From Lama guanicoe (lineage: Eukaryota), in NCBI GenBank assembly GCA_013239625.1, contig MU053629.1, forward strand, positions 344,676-408,675: a DNA stretch of 64,000 nt, in the 5' to 3' direction. Positions 12,706 to 25,105 of this stretch are shown piece by piece (the stretch's first letter is position 1; each line of letters opens with the position of its first letter). The position numbers and the translations under genes were made by a program. The notes below the pieces were generated by a model. The model was not told the origin of the DNA. It made no database searches and saw nothing but the letters and a program-made list of their open reading frames with translations.

Positions 12706-14339
12706 CTAAATGTCATCTCATTGGTAGGCAGTGGAAGAGCATGGGATCCTTTGAGAAGGGGGAATTAAGTGATGGAAAATCTTGAAATCCAGGTTGGGGA
12801 AAACACCCCTGATTTTGAGATGCTTGACAGGAAGCCATTGGGCCTTGTGAACTGAGGACTAAGTGGAAAGGAAAGACTTTATTTGCAATCAATTTTTTTC
12901 TTCGTCTCGAATAGCTTCTGACATAAACCTGTCATTTAAGCTATAAAAATATGGTTGCTCTTTGTCAGTAAACCAAGGGACAATTTAGGTGGCATTAATT
13001 TAATGAGCTTATTACCAATCTCTTACAGAAATCAATAAACATTTACTTTTTAACCATCCCCTGAGGTTATTGTTAGACTAGTGCTTGTCTAAAAAGGTGT
13101 GGTGAACAGAAACATTCTTCTTGTGCAATCAGAAACAGCCTGTGCCTTGCAACTTTTAGGACCTTCTGAAGTTGCCAGTTAATTGGTTCTCTGACTGTGC
13201 TTTTTGATTTATAAAGTTAATTCTCTACAGTAAGTTACAATTCTGTACTGCAATGTTATAAAGACCTCTGTGGTCATAATAAAATCAAGTTCATCAACCC
13301 AGACAAGAACATGCTATTGTTCTTACAGAGTGTCCAGTCTTATCCCAATGTCCCAATGGGCTTCTTCAAGATAGTTTCAATTTACATAACCTCCAGTTCA
13401 TAGGGACAAAAGTTTCAAGTTCTGAGAAACACTGAAAAGTTGCAGTAGTTTCATTTTTGAGTAACTAAAGAGGTTTGCTATGTATTTCTTGGGAAAAGGG
13501 GTTAATCTTGGTCATTTTATTTTGGGATAAAAAATGAAAAAATGCCAGATTTTTTTCTGATTTACAATTTTTTTTTTGTTACAGAAGTAACGTGTCCCTT
13601 ACAGAGAAATCAGAAACTAGAACTAAGCAGAAAAAAATCATCCACAATTCCATCAGTCACTGAGACCTAGTTAGCATCTTAGTGTTTATGTGTCCAGTCT
13701 TTTCTCTTTCCACGTTATGTTTTTAAAAACTGGGATCACATGGTACGCAATGTTTTGTGATGTGTCTCTTGGCTTCCTTAATAAACTTCAAATTGTTTCA
13801 TGGCAACCTACATTTCCTAATGAGTGTGTAGATTTGAGAGACATATAATTGACTTTATTTAAGGCCACAGTAGGCAGAATTTTTTTTTCTTTAGAATTTA
13901 ACAGAGTACGCCCCCTCAGCCCTGAAGCCGTTCTCTAAATCCCTAAGTGACCTCAGACCAGCCGAGTTTCGATGTCGGCGTATGCAACACGTGCAGAGAG
14001 GGATAATCTCGCTTCGGGTTCCTGCCGACAGCCCACCAGGGTCCTCCCGTCCGAACCGAACCTCGGTTCCTCCTGCGGCTGGCTAGTGGTCGGGGGAAGC
14101 GCTCTGCGACCCCAAGGGCCCCATTCCCCAAGACGCCGCATCCCCCCCCCCGCCCTCACACAGCGGAATCGGAGACGTGCGACAGCTCAGCTGGCGCGTC
14201 GCCTTGCCTCGCGGGCCTTCCCAGCACCGGACGTCGGGCTGGAGACCCACGAGGGGCCAGCGGGAGCCCGGGCCAGCCCAGCCCCGGTGCCGCGCTGCGC
14301 CGCGGCCGGACCGGAGCCGCGCGGGGCCGCGCCGTCCCC

Positions 14340-14543
14340 GAGTGATGACGCGCTTCCTGCCCTCCCGGCGCTCCCGGGCCGTGCGCTCGCGCTCGCCCTC
14401 GGCTCTTGTTCCGCGCCTGGAGCCAGCGGCGGCGGCAGCGGCTGAGGCGGCTGCGAGAGCGGAGCGGTCGCCGGGCGCGCGGGGGGACGCCGGCTGCACT
14501 CCGGGGCAGGCGCTCTGCAATGAGACAGTAAATGCATCCCCCG
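14340..14543 (+). other. Candidate upstream first exon (start approximate)
   Basis: GC-rich leader with GCG repeats ending at the strong donor CCG|GTAAGG (14543/14544), after which GC content drops. Confidence 0.55.
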
Positions 14544-15599
14544 GTAAGGCGCACGGCTCACTCGGGTTTAAACCTCTTCCTCCAGCTGCATGCACGTTGC
14601 ATGAATTTCTCGTGTCTTTTCCCTTCCCTCTACAGAAGGAAAATGTGGGTGGTTTTTCCCTTCCTTTTGCATCTCGTGAGTGATGCCAATGCAGAGAAAA
14701 CCCCGAAAAGCTCCCAGATTTGATGTTCTAGGAGAGCTTTTTGCAGGAAAATAAAAATAAAATAAAATTACTGCACCTGTCTATTGCACATGTATGTTTT
14801 ACTGCACCGGACCCGGGCGCCGCCGTTTGCAAACAGCCTCGCAGCCGGCGCCTGAGAGCGGATTCTTAGCCGTGGGCAGCGGGTCCCCTCCGGGGCTCCC
14901 GCTGGGTTTCCGGTAACTGGGCTTTGAAAAGCGGCCCCGCCTGCATGGAGTGTCCCCTCGGCCCCAGCCGGGCCCCTGCGCCAGGAGAGTTGGCGCGGGC
15001 GGAGCGGCTTCATTCCAGCACTGGTCGCCCCGACTCCAGCGCCACTTTGCAAACAAGTCTCCGGCCGAGGCTCCGAGCAAAGACAGCCGGCTAGTGCGGA
15101 GCGCCTTTCCCAGTCCCGGACTCTCCGACCTGCCGATTCTACGACTCTCCTTTACTTGGCAGTCTCACCACCAGCAAACTGCTGGCCGCTGAGGGACCGG
15201 GGCAGCGCCGGGCTGAGAGCGAGAGCAGGGTTGGGATTCAGTGCCGCTGGACGAGGGGCGCCCTCTCCTTCCTCGGTCCCACGAGCTGAGATTTCGCGCC
15301 CACCGGGAGCATGGGGTTCTAGAGACTGGAATTTCGGGATTCCTTGAGGGGACAGAGGAGCGACGTTTGAGGGCGCCATATTTTCAGTGGGTCCTGGCTG
15401 CGGAGGGGAGGGGGCGAACAGTTGGTGGGCCCCGGGGAGAGCGCGGCGCCCCCGCAGGAGAGGCTGGAGCGGCTTTCCCCCGGAAAGTTTGAGCGCCCAG
15501 GCCGGCACGGAGGCGGCCCCGCAGGGCGCGCACGGCGCCTGTCCCCGCAAGGGCGCGCGGGCTGCAGCGCGTCGCCAGGCCGGCCCGCCGGGGTGGAGG

Positions 15600-15993
15600 G
15601 CCGAGAGCCGCCGACAGGGACTGTGCGCTCGGCTCGCCTCCTTCCCCTGTCGGGCTCGGAGGCACGAGGAACACGCCCCTCTCCCGCCGCCGCGGCCGCC
15701 CGGGCGCTCCGCGGAAGCCGTGCGCTCGGCCGCATCCTCCGGCCCGGCGCGGGTGCGGAGCGTTTTCCCGGCGCCTGGGTCCGCGTGGGCGCCTGGCAGC
15801 CCACCGGGGCTCACTCCCCGCGGAGAGGAGGCGCCCAGGTTATCGCCTCAGGGCGGACGGCCTGGCTCGCGGTGGCCCCGGGGCCGAAGACCAGCCCGAG
15901 CCTCCTCTCGTCTCCCTGGCTGCGGCGGCGACAGCAGCAGCGCCCGCGGCTGCGTGCTCGGCTGTCGCAGCGATGCCAGCTCGTGGAGGCGAG
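15600..15993 (+). other. Candidate main first exon of an unidentified gene with a large first intron (start approximate)
   Basis: Consensus donor GAG|GTAAGG (15993/15994) sits at the 3' edge of the CpG island; no recognisable coding exon follows in the next 48 kb. Confidence 0.7.
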
Positions 15994-17294
15994 GTAAGGG
16001 GGGCGTTTCCAGAAGTTGGGGCTTCGGGTGATGCGTGGGGAAACTTGGATTTTTGCCGCCTGTAAAGAGCCTGGGTGACTTGGGGAAAGGAAGTTGATTC
16101 AGAATCCCAGTGGTGAAAACTAACCTCTGGCTATTTCCAGAAGATGAGAGGGATGAGCTGTGTTGGCGTTGTCCAAGATGCAGTTAAAGACAGGAGAGTA
16201 GGGATGATGTTCTGGAAACTTGGACCCCCAAATATACATAACTTACAAGCAGTCTGGTGCTCTGAGTATTGCTTACTATGGCTTCTCATAGTCCCTGGGG
16301 GAGCTGAGTTGTGGCATTCGTCACGTTGCCCGCAATCCTTTTTCCAGAGCTTGGAGTTGGCGAGTCCTCAGGAGTGGAGCGGTGGGGACTATTTACTTTC
16401 GAAATAGACTGTGATCTCTGCTTTGTGAAGGGGCAGGCGAAGGGCGTGTCTGTTGACCTACAGTTCGCTGGCAGGAACGTGTCAGCCTTTCTCCTTGGCA
16501 TTTTACTGAGACGATGCCATGGGATTGAGGTCATGTCAGCACTTTGGGGCTTCATCATTGGAGAGGCTTCAAGGGATCACGGAGGGAATGTGGGGGAAGA
16601 GGGGAGGCTTTCATCTCGGAGATGTGCCCCGTGATGTCAGGGATTAGGCTGCTTTTGTGTCTGTCCACTTCATTAAATGCTTCCAGTGAGACGGTCAGCC
16701 ATTGAGTTTCCTAGGTTTTATCTTCCTTGTTGGCTGATTTGGGATATCTGCGAAAATCCTGGAGGGGCGGTGGATGTGAGCAGACAAATGGCCTTGAGGG
16801 AGGAGGGATACCTGCAGGAATGCTAATTGTTTTTGACTAAGCCCTAGAATTGTGGAGAACACCCAGAGCCCAAGATACATTTATCTAAAATTAGCGTAAC
16901 TAATTTAGGAGAGAATCAAATCCGTTGCTGAAATCCTCCATCCCTTTTGTAAAGTTCCCAGTCTTAGAAGTGGTGCCTCGAATCAACAGAAACACAGGGC
17001 TCCTCAGACTGGAGAAGTCACAGGTTTCTCTCTGCCTTTGTACCCACTCAGGTAATCAAGAAGATACTACAGAGTTTTATTAGAGTTTCTGTTCTTGGCA
17101 TTGATGCTGCGCTTCTACCTCCAAAGGGAAAGTGAGCATTTTTAACTTGACCCTGATAAATGAGAGTTATTGGGGATATTCTTTATAAGCATAGGCTTGT
17201 GTATATGTGGCTTGAATTTACCTACTGTTGAATCTACTTGTTCATGGTTTTTCAAACACTGTTTCTTACGTATTTTTAAGTCAGGTTTAGAAAG

Positions 17295-17296
<2 letters not shown>

Positions 17297-17330
<34 letters not shown>
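17297..17330. repeat. (GT)17 microsatellite
   Basis: Perfect dinucleotide run read directly. Confidence 0.97.
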
Positions 17331-17331
<1 letters not shown>

Positions 17332-18994
17332 GTTTCTAGTCCAGTTTCTTTTATATCTCAGAATTACACTGATTTCCCCCAATCCTCCACCCCTGGCTCC
17401 TAGCAGATCATTTGTTCCCAAAAGCAGTTAAAGATGGTGATGAATAATCTAAATTTTTACCAACTATATTCAGAAAAAAAAAGTTTATACATCTAAAGGT
17501 GTACTTACTCATTTTAGGATTGTACTTTGTAACTACGTCTGTCACATTTTTCTTGGATGTGCTAAACATGTAATAAACATTTAAAAAGAAGTTTTTTTTT
17601 AAAGCTGAAGTAAAAAATTAAAAAAGAGGAGCTTTATTGCAAAAGCTTCAATCTTCATTCCCAAGTTTACTACCTTAATATTTATTTATTTATTTATTTG
17701 TGCCTCTCTAAACAAAGTGTTATAAATTGTGTTTTGTTGCCTCTTGCTTCGTTCTTTTTATAACTTCATGGCTAGATCAAAGTTCCTGCATTTTTTTTTT
17801 TCCCCTATTAAGAAGATGTTGTAACTTCAGGAGGTTAGGAAATGCCTATTCGTTTTGGAGAGTTGCCTATCAAGTTACCAGGCTGTGTGGTGTGTGCTGA
17901 GGTGTGTGTGTGGCGTGCTCAAAGTCGTGGGACAGTGTCTAAAACTTTGTGATCTGTGACATTACTGCTCCAGAACTTTTGAGTCATAATGTTTTCTTGG
18001 AGATTTTAGGTGGTGTTTAGCCAATGCAGGAAGTACTAAAAAAGAGTTAAATAATTCAAAGTTACTTTTATTGGGTAAAAAAAAAAATTAAAGACAAGAA
18101 GAAAAACTAAATAAGCAGGATCAGAATTACAGCTTAACATACCCAACTGGTGCCTTTTTAATTACAGTACTTTCCCCCAGAACTTTTTAATCCTATTACT
18201 TTTATATTTAATAAGGAGACTAGTTAAAACGTAAGCAAAACAGAACTATTATAAATAATGGGGATAAATGTTGGGTATAACCAGATGTTTTGCCTAAAGT
18301 TAAAAGAGTTAAGGAATCTGAACTCTGTCAAACTCCCCTTGCAGGACCCCCCATCCCCCCCACCCCATTAGCAGGAGATTTTGAAAGGCAAACAAAACAC
18401 AGATGGAGATGGAGACAGGAAAAAAAAAAAGAAAAGAAAAGAAAAAAAAGAACAGAATGTTTAAGGTAGGCTTCCCTTGTCCATTGACCAAACTAACAAC
18501 CTGTCGCTTAGTGGCAGGTGCCATTTGAATGACAACTGGTGGATAAGGCTGAGTCCAAAAATGCTTTGGTTTTAAGAGCCTTTGTTTATGTACCACCCAG
18601 AGCTATGAATTAAGACTGAGCTCTTTTGCCACCCATTTCACCGTAGATTGTCAGAGTAGCGCCAGGACTGTGGTTTTGTTTTTCCCTTAACCAACAATTT
18701 AATTTCAGCCAAAGTGATGCTGGTCTGAATATGCAGAACAAGTAACGAATATCTGTATTTCCTTTTACTCTTCTAGCTGCACTCTTAACAAAATTCTCCA
18801 AGCCTGCTATTCACTTATTCAGCGATTATTTTTGAGGGCTTACCATGTACTTCATGCATTGAAGACCTCCCCTGGCCCCACCCCACACACTGAGTTCCTA
18901 GAGGGTGATATTATTTTATGCTTAACATATCTGGTAGATTCCAGGGGAAGGGATTACTGTGAGATTAAATAGTACTTGAAGGACCACAGGATCA

Positions 18995-19600
18995 AAGATA
19001 TGCAAAGGATATGAACAGGCAAGTCCCAAGAGAAGAGACCCAAGTGCTCATAAACATGTGAAAAGATTCTCAACCAACATATTGGTTGGGGAAATGCAAA
19101 TTAAAAAAACTAAGAGATTTGTTTTCTGTTCATCCACTTAATCCATGTTTTAAAGATTGGTATTATCTTCTGTTAGATGGGTTGGGGGCAACCCTCAGAC
19201 ACTTGGTGGGAGTATGAATTGGTGCAGCCTTTAGGGTAAGCAGACTGTTTCTGTGAACCTTTGGAACATACATGCCATATGAACCAGCAGTCTTATATTT
19301 GGAACCCTTTCTTAGAGAATTAAAAACATCAGCGTGTTGAGATCTGTGTGTGAGGATGTTTATTGAAGGATTATTGTAGTAAGTAAACTGGAAGCAACGT
19401 GACTGTCCATCAGTAGGAAGAATAAAATAGTGTTTAGATACTATGGATTGTTTTGTGAAGGATGTCTGTGAGATATTGAATGTAAATGAAAGCGAGTTGC
19501 AGAATATTGTATGTAATATGATCCTATTTCTGATTTAAAAAAGAAGAAACCCTATGTGTATGACCTTGGAGAAAGATGTAGAAGGACAAAGCAAATTTAA
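18995..19600 (+). mobile_element. Old L1ME fragment (decayed ORF2 end and 3' UTR)
   Basis: GCAAAGGATATGAACAGGCAA...AAACATGTGAAAAGATTCTCAAC...GGAAATGCAAATTAAAA...GGTGGGAGTATGAATTGGTGCAGCCTTT. Confidence 0.8.
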
Positions 19601-20436
19601 TATTGTTTAAAACTGACAGTGGGGCAAAAGGGTGATTAACTTGCTCTCTGTGCACTTTGAATGGTTTACTTGCTCAAACATGCAAGCTTTTCTATATGAA
19701 AATGCTTTATAATATTATTTGGTTAATGAATAAGAAATTCATCTGGAACCATTTTAGAAACAAAAGCTGGGCAATATCATGTTTTCTCTGATGCCTTCTG
19801 TAGCAATCTCTTGTGTCTTTGGAAACTTTCAGTTAATTATCTTATAAAATCTTGAGATTTCCCAACTTTAAGTAAATTCCTTCAACGTAAGTGATGGCTT
19901 CAGGAAAAGCTGTGTGCCTCTGTCTCCCAGGAGAGTGGTGACAGGAAGAGGTCGTGAAAGCTCTTAGCAAACGGTCTCCTTTTCCTTGACTTTCTCTGAT
20001 CCAGCTCTGAGGGAAGACCAGTAGCGGTCCTTGCAGGGGAGATTTTCTGGCCAACTGAAGAGTCTTCCTAGAAAGAAGCAGCATCTCTTCAAACTCGGTT
20101 TTCCTGAGGTCCAGGGAGATGCTGTTAAATGGTGGTGCTGGCGTTTGAACCTAGGTGAACTCTTTCCACATTCTCTTTAGTTTAGCTGATTGCTCCGCCG
20201 GTACCACATCTCAATGATGTGATACTTAATAGAATTTGAGTTCTTGGCATTTGGTACCAAAAAAAAAAAATCAAACATTACAGTTTCCAAGCAGTGGAAT
20301 CTCCATTCACATTTTTAAAAATGTGAATCTCCATTCGCATACCACATGACCCTGTGAATGCTGGTGGGAGACTCAGAATCTCAACCCACTGGAAGCCAGG
20401 GCTCTGCTGCATAATATGAAAACCATGGTTTAGATT

Positions 20437-20617
20437 CAGTGGTTTCCAGGTGAGAATGCCTCAGAATCACCCGGAGGGCTTGTTAAAATCTACGGTTTTG
20501 GATTCTGCAAGTCTTGGGTGGGGTCTGGTAATTTGCATTTTTTAATTTGCACAAGTTCCCAGGTGATGCTGATCTTGTTGATCTTGCTGGTCGTGGACCA
20601 CACTTTGAGAACCACTG
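20437..20617. mobile_element. MER5A MITE
   Basis: CAGTGGTTT...CAGAATCACCCGGAGGGCTTGTTAAAA...CCCAGGTGATGCTGAT...GGACCACACTTTGAGAACCACTG, with TIRs at both ends. Confidence 0.9.
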
Positions 20618-21496
20618 ATGTAGAGGAACAGCTTCTTCTGTTGTACGGATCTCGTGTTCTTGCCCAGCCATGCTCTGCCCTTCCATGGATGAAAGTTAAA
20701 ATGCCCATTAAGGCAAGTTAATTTAATTTTATCAGGTTCACCAAGCTGGGAAAAAGAAATATTTGAGTTACATTACTTAACTTGTCTGTATCTTTTGTAG
20801 GTGTTTCATAGATGGATGTTTGTGTTTAATCAACAGTGAAAGTCAGAGTTCAGGGTACTTTAAATATTCTCTAAGGGATTCTCATGGGAAAGCAGGGAAG
20901 ACCGTTATGTTAGTCTCTGGTTCCTGGTGTTTGTTTGTTTTTACGTATATACATATTCAAGATTTGATGTCATTGATTCTTTTTAATAAAAAGTTGGCTA
21001 CATGTGAAGGGTATTGTGAAGAACATGGTGACCAGATGCTAAATGTTACTAAAATTGTTGTAATCTAATCATTGGTGCATTTTGCGGGGCAGGATGAAAT
21101 TAAATACAAGTCATTAATTTCAACAAGTGTTTATTACAGTGTTGCCAGAGGGGACATATTTCTAACAGTGCTTACCAGTGACACATAAGTGCTTGGCTGT
21201 GCTCGGGGACCCTCAAGAGGCGTGGCTGACCTGAAGCTCAAGGAGAAGTTTCCCTGAGAGGCTCTGCATTAGCGGATCCCCTAAATCTAAAATTCCTTAG
21301 CAGATAAAAACATGTTCTCTTTTCAGCCACTTAATTTTAGTGCCTTTATTCTTTTCTAATAATTAGACATGTAAGTTACAAGCAAAGCAAGATTGGTTGT
21401 GCCTAGTGGAGTGGATGAACAAAAGTGAAGCGGGAGGGAAATTTTCCTGAAGGAGGTCATACTTAAGCTGGGCCTTGAAGGGTGGGCCTCTTCTGC

Positions 21497-21627
21497 CGGG
21501 TCCTCCACCCTGGCTGCGCATGGGAATCACCTGGGGATTCTACTTAGTTGGTATCAGTGGGGCCTGGGCATTGGTGGGTAAGTTCTCCAGGGAATTCTAA
21601 TACGTTGTCAGGGTAGAGAACACTCAT
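21497..21627. mobile_element. MER5B-like fragment
   Basis: CCCTGGCTGCGCATGGGAATCACCTGGGG...GGGGCCTGGGCATTGGT...AATTCTAATACG...AGGGTAGAGAACAC. Confidence 0.65.
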
Positions 21628-21776
21628 CTACAGTCTGGGGTCACACCGCTTCATTCTTTGGAGATTCCATACATCTGTCCCACAGTCTCCTCCCATCAAT
21701 GTTTTTGGTGACTCGAACATCTGTATAGATTGTCCACCCAACTCAGTTCTTTGACCAACTCTATCCTTTGACCAAC

Positions 21777-22240
21777 TTTTTTTTTTTAATTGACCTATAG
21801 TCGGTTTACAGTGTGTTAATTTCTGGTGTACAGCATAGTGATTTAGTTAGACATATATATATTTCATTTCATATTTTTCATTATATTACAAGGTATTGAT
21901 TATAGTTCCCTGGGCTGCACAGTAGGGCCTTGCCGTTTATCTGTTTTATATACAGTAGTTAGTATTTGCAAATCTTGAACTCCCAATTTATTCCTGCCCA
22001 CTGCCTCCCCCCGCCGCCCCACTGCCACTGCCGTAACCATGTTTGTTTTCTATGTCCATGAGTCTGTTTCTCTTTGGTAAATAAGTTCATGTGTGTCCTT
22101 TTTTTAGATTCCACATATAAGTAGTATCATGTGTTATTTGTCTTTCTCTTTCTGGCTTCACTTAGTATGACAGTCTCCTGATTTATCTATGTTGCTGCAA
22201 ATGGTATTATTTTATTATTTTTTATTGCTGAGTAGTATTC

Positions 22241-22281
<41 letters not shown>

Positions 22282-22452
22282 AATATATAAAACAAATTCT
22301 TTAGCCAGTCGTTTGTCGATGGACATTTGGGTTGCTTCCATGTCTTGGCTGTTGCGAATAGTGCTGCTGTGAACATTGGGGTGCATATTACCTTTTCGAA
22401 TTAGTTTCTTCCAGATACATCCTCAGGAGTGGGATTGCTGGATCATAGAATA
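21777..22452 (-). mobile_element. 5'-truncated artiodactyl/camelid L1 with internal (TG)n
   Basis: Poly-T, then antisense 3' UTR and ORF2 end (TTTAGATTCCACATATAAG...TTCACTTAGTATGAC...GGAGTGGGATTGCTGGATCATA); imperfect TSD TGACCAACT (21769) / TGACCAGCT (22453). Confidence 0.9.
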
Positions 22453-22520
22453 TGACCAGCTCTCTTTTAGTTATCGTCTCTTCTCTACTTCAGCCGTCCC
22501 CCCCATGATTCTCTCTAGGC

Positions 22521-22731
22521 TGCTGGTTCTCAGCAGTTCTGCCACCCAGAGGATATTTGGCAATACAGAGAGATTTTTGTCTGTCACAACCTGCAGGCAG
22601 GAACGGGTGCTACTGGCATCTAGTGAGCAGAGGCCAGGGATGCTGCTAGACCCCCTGCAATGCACAGGAGAGGCCCCACAACAGAGAATATATGATCTAA
22701 AATGTGAGCAGTGCCATGGTAGAGAAACCCT
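22521..22731 (+). mobile_element. MER20 hAT-Charlie element
   Basis: TGGTTCTCAG...GGATATTTGGCAAT...TGCTACTGGCATCTAGTGAGCAGAGGCCAGGGATGCTGCTA...GAGAAACCCTG. Confidence 0.9.
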
Positions 22732-22929
22732 GCCCTGGAGTCCTGGGAATTTTTTGAACCCTGATCCATAGGCAAAAAGTACAACTTACGAGATGACCCA
22801 ATATAAACACACGCAACTGAAACAACTTTTTTCTCTTTTACCTTATTCCTGTTAGTGCCCAGTTCCACCTGGCCTTCACCCGAAAAGGGGCTTCGACCTG
22901 GTGACCCTTCTGCTTCTTCACTGTCCACC

Positions 22930-23945
22930 ATCCCTCGCTTGGCCCCTCTGCCTCCTCAGCTTAGATGCTTGCATACACCCTCAGCTTTCTTGACCAATTA
23001 CTCCTTCATCACACTTTCCTGGGAAACCCCACCCTCTGTCCACCATGCTCCTGCCTTGGGCTGATGAATCTGGCAGGAGAAAACCAGCCATCTGCATCGT
23101 CTTGCTTTTGATTTATGACCATAAACCTCAAGGCAGACTCTTGGCACTGCCGAGCCCACTATGTTTCTGGCCCCACCCCACTCTCAGCTGATGGCCTGAC
23201 ATATTTCACTGAGAAAAAGGAAGCAATTAGTAACTAGTTTCATCATCTTCCCATGCTAAATCTGCTAGCCGATCTACACCAAAACCGCACAGCCCTGGAA
23301 CCACATGTGCAGCGCAGCCCGTTCCCTGTTGCACCCAGGGCTCTCACTCCTGCATGTATCTCTTTTCCCATCAGCATTGTCAGTTTGCTCCCTCGATGGC
23401 AAATCCCCATGAGAAACATGCTGTAGTATCTCCCATCTTAAGGGAAAAAGTGGCAACAACAAAACACTCTTCACCCTCTGTCCTAGTTAGCTGTTCTCCC
23501 AAGTCCTCGGTTCTCCCTTGTAAATATTTCCAAGAGAAGTGACATCCATTCTCCTCCACTTCCCACCTCTCATTCTGTCTTGAACCCAACGTGGCTCTTG
23601 CCTCACCCCTTCACTAAAACCACACTTCGTCAGGTACCAGTGATAATCTAGTGGCCAGCTCTTAGTTGTCATCACCTGCAGACTCTTGGCTGATTGCGGT
23701 CTCTTTGTGACACTGTCTTCCCCTGGCTTCTACCCCACAATCCCCACCTGATTCTCCTACACCCAGGTTGCTCCAACTCCTCCTGCTCTCCTGCAGGACC
23801 TCCTCCTCCTGGCTTCTGAAGGTGGGGGCTGTTCTCTCACACTTCACTTAGGAGTCTGCTCCAGTGTCACCTCCTTAGAGGTCTCCCTGGCGTCGCTGGG
23901 AGAGCCCCCACTCTCAGCCTCTTCCTTCATATGATTTATCATTTC
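22930..23945 (+). mobile_element. L2 LINE body, interrupted by Tigger1 and resuming at ~25110-25245
   Basis: Pyrimidine-rich L2 motifs (ATATTTCACTGAGAAAA, TTCCCCTGGCTTC, GTCACCTCCTTAGAGG); the L2 terminus GCCTGGCACATGGTGGATACTCA follows the Tigger. Confidence 0.7.
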
Positions 23946-23951
23946 CTGATA

Positions 23952-25105
23952 CCGACACACCTCGGAGACATTGTAGGTTCCATTCCAGACCAGCGCTATA
24001 AAGTGACTACTGAAATAAAAGTGAGTCACGTGAATTTTTTGGTTTCCCACTGCCTATAAAAGTTTTGCTTATGCTATACTGTAGTCTATTAAGTTTGTAA
24101 CAGTATCGCGTCCACAGAAAACAATGTACCTGTCTTAATTTAAAAATACTTTAGTGCACAAAAGTGCTAACTATCCTCTGTGCCTTCATCTTTTTGCTGA
24201 TGAAGAGTCTTGCTTCTATGTTGGTGGCTGCCGATCAGTTAGGGTGGTGGTTGCTTGAAGTTTGGAGTGGTTGTGGCCATATCTTAAAATAAGACAACAG
24301 TGAAGTTTGCCCCATTGATTGACTCTTCCTTTCATGAACAGTGACTCTTTTGCATGCAGTGCTGTTTGATAGCATTTTACCCACAGTAGAACTTCTTTCA
24401 AAGTCGGAATCTATTCTCTCAAACCCTGCCACTGCTTTATCAACTGACTTATGTCATATTCTAAATCCTTTGTTGTCATTTCAACAATCTTCACAGCATC
24501 TTCACCAGGAATAGATTGCATCTCAAGAAACCACTTTCTTGACTCATGCATAAAAAGCAGCTCCTCATCTGTGAAAGTCTTATCATGAGATTGCAGTAAT
24601 TCAGTCACATCAGCAGGCTGCACTTCTAATTCTCTTGCTGTTTCCACCACATCTGCAGTTACTTCCTCCATTGAAATCTTGAACCCCTCATAGTCATCCA
24701 TGGGGGTTGGAATCAGCTTCTTCCAAATTCCTGTTCATGTTGTTATTCTGACCTCTTCCCATGAATCACAAATGTTCTTAATGGCATCTGGTTGATGGAG
24801 CAGTCAGAACACACACATTTATTGATTAAAGCTGTCATCTTTTATGGGTGCAGTTCATGGTGCCGCAAAGCAATTACAATTATAACATCAAAGATCACCG
24901 ATCACAGATCACTGTAACACATATAATAACGTTGAAAAAGTTCAAAATATTGTGAGAACTACCACAGAGTGACACAGAGACAGGAAATGAGCAAATGCTG
25001 TTGGCAAAGTGGTTCTGATAGACTTGCTCGATGCAGAGTTGCCTCACACATTCGATTCGTGAAAATGGCAGCGTCTGCAAAGTGTGGTAACACGAGGTCT
25101 GCCCG
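23952..25105 (-). mobile_element. Internally deleted Tigger1 (TcMar-Tigger) DNA transposon
   Basis: Both TIRs present (TA-CCGACACACCTCGGAGAC and CACGAGGTCTGCCCG-TG); minus ORFs 24411-24701 and 24235-24432 encode the Tigger1/TIGD1-like C-terminus ([17 protein letters not shown]..., [22 protein letters not shown]). Confidence 0.95.
24216..24701 (-). pseudogene. Frameshifted Tigger1 transposase C-terminal remnant
   Basis: Homology is spread across different reading frames; most of the upstream coding region is lost at a deletion junction near 24790. Confidence 0.9.

Larger units (their letters stand above)
13950..16030 (+). promoter_or_regulatory. CpG island promoter, two GC-rich parts split by an AT-rich stretch at ~14600-14800
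   Basis: Very high GC and CpG density against a CpG-depleted background; contains TGACG (14346), CTTCCTG (14353), TTTGCAAACA twice (14826, 15046), TEAD CATTCCA (15011) and YY1-like CGCCATATTT (15374). Confidence 0.95.

Noticed and set aside
11660..13320. p53-like half sites (AAGCAAGTCT, AGACTAGTGC, GAACATGCTA)
   Set aside because: None forms a properly spaced pair of RRRCWWGYYY half sites.
13943..16031. Many overlapping 60-220 aa ORFs on both strands in the CpG island
   Set aside because: They are Ala/Arg/Gly/Pro-rich products of stop-poor GC-rich DNA, show no recognisable domain, and several read through splice donors.
24216..24701. Domesticated TIGD1-like gene
   Set aside because: Frameshifted, missing most of the transposase and enclosed by TIRs, so it is a transposon fossil.
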